The notes beneath the pieces are model-generated. The model worked only from the letters and a program-made list of their open reading frames with translations, was not told the DNA's origin and ran no database searches. The translations under genes were made by a program, and so were the position numbers. Below are positions 60,705 to 64,000 of a DNA stretch of 64,000 nucleotides, in pieces. Each line of letters starts with the position of its first letter. Within the stretch, counting starts at the first letter, position 1. The DNA is from an uncultured Candidatus Binatia bacterium (lineage in GTDB: Bacteria; Desulfobacterota; Binatia; Bin18). The DNA is taken from assembly GCA_965200965.1 (NCBI GenBank), contig OZ241744.1, forward strand, positions 1,664,001-1,728,000. The letters run 5' to 3'.

Positions 60705-61925
60705 TCAGCCGTTCATGAACAGTCGCCCGGAGGCCGTCCACAACTGAAGCAGCCCGAGGGCCGACACTGCCAGGACGACCAGCGTGCCCAAGATATTCGC
60801 CACCCATCCGTTTGTGTCTTCCCCCAACAACTGTGAGCGGTTCATGACGAGCAGCAGGAAGACCGCCATGAGCGGCAGCAACGCCCCGTTCACCGCCTGA
60901 GCCACAACGATAGCGGTCACAGGCCGTTGCCCAAAGGCGGCCAGCGCTGTCCCGATCAGGGTAACGGCTCCCCACACCGCACAACACCGCCAGCCACGCA
61001 TCTCCTGCCTCCAGCCAAGAACGCCGGCGGTTGCATAGGCCGCGGCCAGCGGGGCGGTGATGGCACTGGTAAGGCCGGCGCACAACAGGCCGGCGGCAAA
61101 AAAAGACTGGGCGGTCGAGCCGAGCAGCGGTTCAAGCTGACTGGCCAGCATCCCGGCGGTGTCGGGCAAGTTGCCCCGCCCAAAAAACGCGCCCGCCGCA
61201 GTTGAGACAATGGCCAGCGTAATCATACCCCCAAGAGACACCGACACCCAGCTGTCACGCCGAGCGATCGTGACAGCCTGGTGCTTGGGCAGTCTGTCGG
61301 CCCAGCGTTCGCGGACCGCGTTGGCGTGCAAGAACAGGTTGTAGGGCACAACCGTCGTGCCAATCAGGGCCATAATCAGCACCGCAGAATCCGGGGGGAA
61401 ACGCGGCCACAGCCCACCCCCCAGAACCTCTCCAAGCGAGGGACGAGCCACCACCGCAGTCAGGACAAAGACCAGACTCATGCTCAGCACCAGGACGAGC
61501 AGACACCGTTCAAGCCCCCGGTAGGTGCCCAAGGCCAACAGGACCGCCACACCAAGCCCGATTACCACCGCCCAGACCTGGGCGGGCAGGCCGGTCAGGG
61601 CTGCCAGCCCCACCGCGGCCCCGGTGATATTGCCGGTTTCAAAAGCCGCATTCCCACCACCGATGCCAACCACAACGAGGGCACACACCGGCAGCCGGAG
61701 ACGTGACCCACGAAAGACCGCTCGCAGCGCTTCGCCAAGTCCCTGGCGGCTGACGATCCCAAGCCGGGCGGCCATGTCCTGGAGGACAATGCTTGCCAGG
61801 ACGGAAAAGACCAGCACCCAGACCAGGCGGTGTCCAAAGCGCGCGCCGACCAAGCTGGCCGTTGTCACCGTCCCCGGACCGATAAAGGCGGCAACAACCA
61901 GAAAACCCGGGCCAAAGTGCTTCAC
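60705..61925 (-). CDS. Nramp-like divalent metal transporter
   Basis: GPGFLVVAAFIGPGTVTT, ETGNITGA, IGTTVVPYNLFLHA. Confidence 0.88.
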   Translation of the reverse strand: MKHFGPGFLVVAAFIGPGTVTTASLVGARFGHRLVWVLVFSVLASIVLQDMAARLGIVSRQGLGEALRAVFRGSRLRLPVCALVVVGIGGGNAAFETGNITGAAVGLAALTGLPAQVWAVVIGLGVAVLLALGTYRGLERCLLVLVLSMSLVFVLTAVVARPSLGEVLGGGLWPRFPPDSAVLIMALIGTTVVPYNLFLHANAVRERWADRLPKHQAVTIARRDSWVSVSLGGMITLAIVSTAAGAFFGRGNLPDTAGMLASQLEPLLGSTAQSFFAAGLLCAGLTSAITAPLAAAYATAGVLGWRQEMRGWRCCAVWGAVTLIGTALAAFGQRPVTAIVVAQAVNGALLPLMAVFLLLVMNRSQLLGEDTNGWVANILGTLVVLAVSALGLLQLWTASGRLFMNG

Positions 61926-62125
61926 GCCTCACCCCCGCCAGCCAGCCACATCTTTTCCGGCTCGGCAGTCATTTTCTTCATGACCAGAATATGACCTGTT
62001 TCTTCTCATGAAGAAAGCGACAGACCACTGGGTCCGGGCGGTGTCTCGTCTTGCCCCCTCTTCCTGCGCCATAGTATACAGTCAGCTTCCGGGTTCACAG
62101 TCGTACACAAAGGAGGGGGCACACG

Positions 62126-63400
62126 ATGGCGCGACCGGTTCGCTATAATATGATTGGGTTGCTGTTCTGTAGCTCGGTCGTCAATTACATCGATCGGGTC
62201 AATATCTCGGTCGCTGCCCCGGTCATCATGGCCGCTACCGCTTGGGATACAGACCGCTTCGGGCTGGTCTTTTCGGCCTTTCTGGTCGGCTATGCGCTGT
62301 TGCAGATTCCGGGCGGCCTGGTAGCCGACCGCTGGAGCGCCCGCAAGGTGCTGGCGGCAGCCTTCTGCGGCTTTTCGCTGTTCACCGCCCTGACCCCGCT
62401 GGGCCAGTTGGGCTTTGGGCTGTTTATCGCCATGCGTTTTCTGGTCGGCGCGTTTGAGTCCATGACCTTTCCGGCCCTGACCTCGCTCAACTCGCGCTGG
62501 ATTCCACGCACAGAGTTCGGCCGGGCGCAAACGATCAGCATCTCGGGCATCACCGTCGGCCAGATGATCGCCTACCCGCTGACCACCTGGATTGTTGTCC
62601 GGTTCAGCTGGCCGAGCGTCTTTTATTTCAACGCCCTGCTCGGTTTTGTGTGGGCCGCGGCCTGGCTGTGGTATGCGACCGACACCCCGCGCCAGCACCC
62701 GCGCATCAGCCATGCAGAGCGGGACTATATTGAGTCCAACCTGTCGCCCAAGCCGAGCGCCCCGCTGCCCATCAGCGCCCTCTTCAGCAGCCTGCCCCTG
62801 CTGACCGTGTGCCTCAGCTATATGGGCTATGCCTACATCGGCTGGATGTTTCTGTTCTGGTTTCCGACCTATCTGGTCGAAGGCCGGGCCATGTCGCTGG
62901 AAACAATGGGCCTCCTGGGTGTCCTCCTGCACGGGGCCGGCTTTGTCGGGATTCTGGGCGGCGGCGTGGTATCGGACTGGCTGCTGCGCAAAGGCTGGAG
63001 CGCCCAATTCGCCCGGGCCCGGCTGGCCGGCTTTGGGGTTGGCCTGTCCCTGCCCTTTCTGCTCACGGCATCGTTGGTGCCCTCAACCACCCTGAGCGTC
63101 CTGTGCCTCGTGAGCTTTTACTTCTTTTTCGCCAGCGCAGTCGCCGGCTATACGACCGTGTCGATTGAGTTCAACCCCCATTTTGCCGGGGCGATCTTTG
63201 GCATGATTAACTGTCTGGGCAGTTTCGCCGGCATCTTCGGCCCGATGACCGCCGGCTTCATGCTGGCCGGGGGCGGCAGCTGGACCCTGCCGTTTTTTGT
63301 CGCCACCGGGGTCGGCGTCGTATGCACGGCCATCCTGCTCATCGTCCCGATCCGCCCCATCGCCTTCCCCGGCCTCACCGCAACAGCATCGCGTGTTTGA
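62126..63400 (+). CDS. MFS transporter, anion:cation symporter-like
   Basis: [36 protein letters not shown]. Confidence 0.92.
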   Translation: MARPVRYNMIGLLFCSSVVNYIDRVNISVAAPVIMAATAWDTDRFGLVFSAFLVGYALLQIPGGLVADRWSARKVLAAAFCGFSLFTALTPLGQLGFGLFIAMRFLVGAFESMTFPALTSLNSRWIPRTEFGRAQTISISGITVGQMIAYPLTTWIVVRFSWPSVFYFNALLGFVWAAAWLWYATDTPRQHPRISHAERDYIESNLSPKPSAPLPISALFSSLPLLTVCLSYMGYAYIGWMFLFWFPTYLVEGRAMSLETMGLLGVLLHGAGFVGILGGGVVSDWLLRKGWSAQFARARLAGFGVGLSLPFLLTASLVPSTTLSVLCLVSFYFFFASAVAGYTTVSIEFNPHFAGAIFGMINCLGSFAGIFGPMTAGFMLAGGGSWTLPFFVATGVGVVCTAILLIVPIRPIAFPGLTATASRV

Positions 63401-63471
63401 CTTCAATGCGCCTATTCCTTAAGGTAGCGGGCGCTGACAAGACCGCCCTGCGACACGGAAGGAGCCTGAAG

Positions 63472-64000
63472 ATGGATTTTGAATACGCGCCCAAGGTCAC
63501 AGCGCTGCGCCAGAAGGTCCAGGACTTCATGGATGAGCACATCTATCCCAACGAAAAGACCTATGACGAGCAGCTCAACAGCCAGGGCGACCGGTGGCAG
63601 ATTCCGCCCATTATCGAAGAACTCAAACACAAGGCCAAGGCCCGCAACCTGTGGAACCTGTTCCTGCCCGAGAGTGACCACGGCTACGGTCTCACCAACC
63701 TGGAATACGCGCCTCTGGCCGAACTCATGGGTCGCGTCCACTGGGCGTCCGAGGTATTCAACTGCTCGGCCCCGGACACCGGCAACATGGAAGTCCTGTC
63801 GCGCTACGGCACCACGGAGCAGCAGGACCGCTGGCTGCGCCCCCTGCTGAACGGCGAGATCCGGTCGTGCTTTGCCATGACCGAACCCGCGGTCGCCTCG
63901 TCTGACGCGACCAATATCGAGTCGAGCATCGTCCGGGACGGTGACGAGTACGTCATCAACGGCCGCAAATGGTGGTCATCGGGCATGGGCAACCCGTGCT
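63472..64000 (+). CDS. Acyl-CoA dehydrogenase, runs off window
   Basis: MDFEY start, [43 protein letters not shown]. Confidence 0.95.
   Translation, partial: MDFEYAPKVTALRQKVQDFMDEHIYPNEKTYDEQLNSQGDRWQIPPIIEELKHKAKARNLWNLFLPESDHGYGLTNLEYAPLAELMGRVHWASEVFNCSAPDTGNMEVLSRYGTTEQQDRWLRPLLNGEIRSCFAMTEPAVASSDATNIESSIVRDGDEYVINGRKWWSSGMGNPC

Overview
GC-rich bacterial chromosome segment. The gene set (sirC-ccsA-hemA-hemC-cobA/hemD block, three luciferase-like monooxygenases, a DUF1302-type protein, selA/selC) suggests a former-Deltaproteobacteria lineage such as Candidatus Binatia; this is inference only. The centre holds a complete type I-C CRISPR-Cas system (cas3-cas5c-cas8c-cas7c-cas4-cas1-cas2, minus strand) and an array of 128 repeats and 127 spacers (25412-34693, counted by hand). 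The most notable observations are: (1) the array trailer is fused into the middle of an ethD-family gene at the point where a Phe codon (TTC, the I-C PAM) is expected, which fits a self-targeting spacer that recombined with its own target; (2) the repeat appears to lengthen from 37 to 38 bp at repeat 20 and stays that way for 109 units; (3) a solitary variant repeat with a compensated hairpin lies 300 bp beyond the array; (4) hisC and murJ each carry an in-frame palindromic insertion; (5) there is a DUF262 plus frameshifted HEPN candidate defence pair and a decayed XamI-like restriction-modification system; (6) a luciferase-like monooxygenase plus alpha/beta-hydrolase module occurs twice, and one hydrolase lacks its catalytic Ser and His. 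All product calls come from motif recognition; no database search was run.
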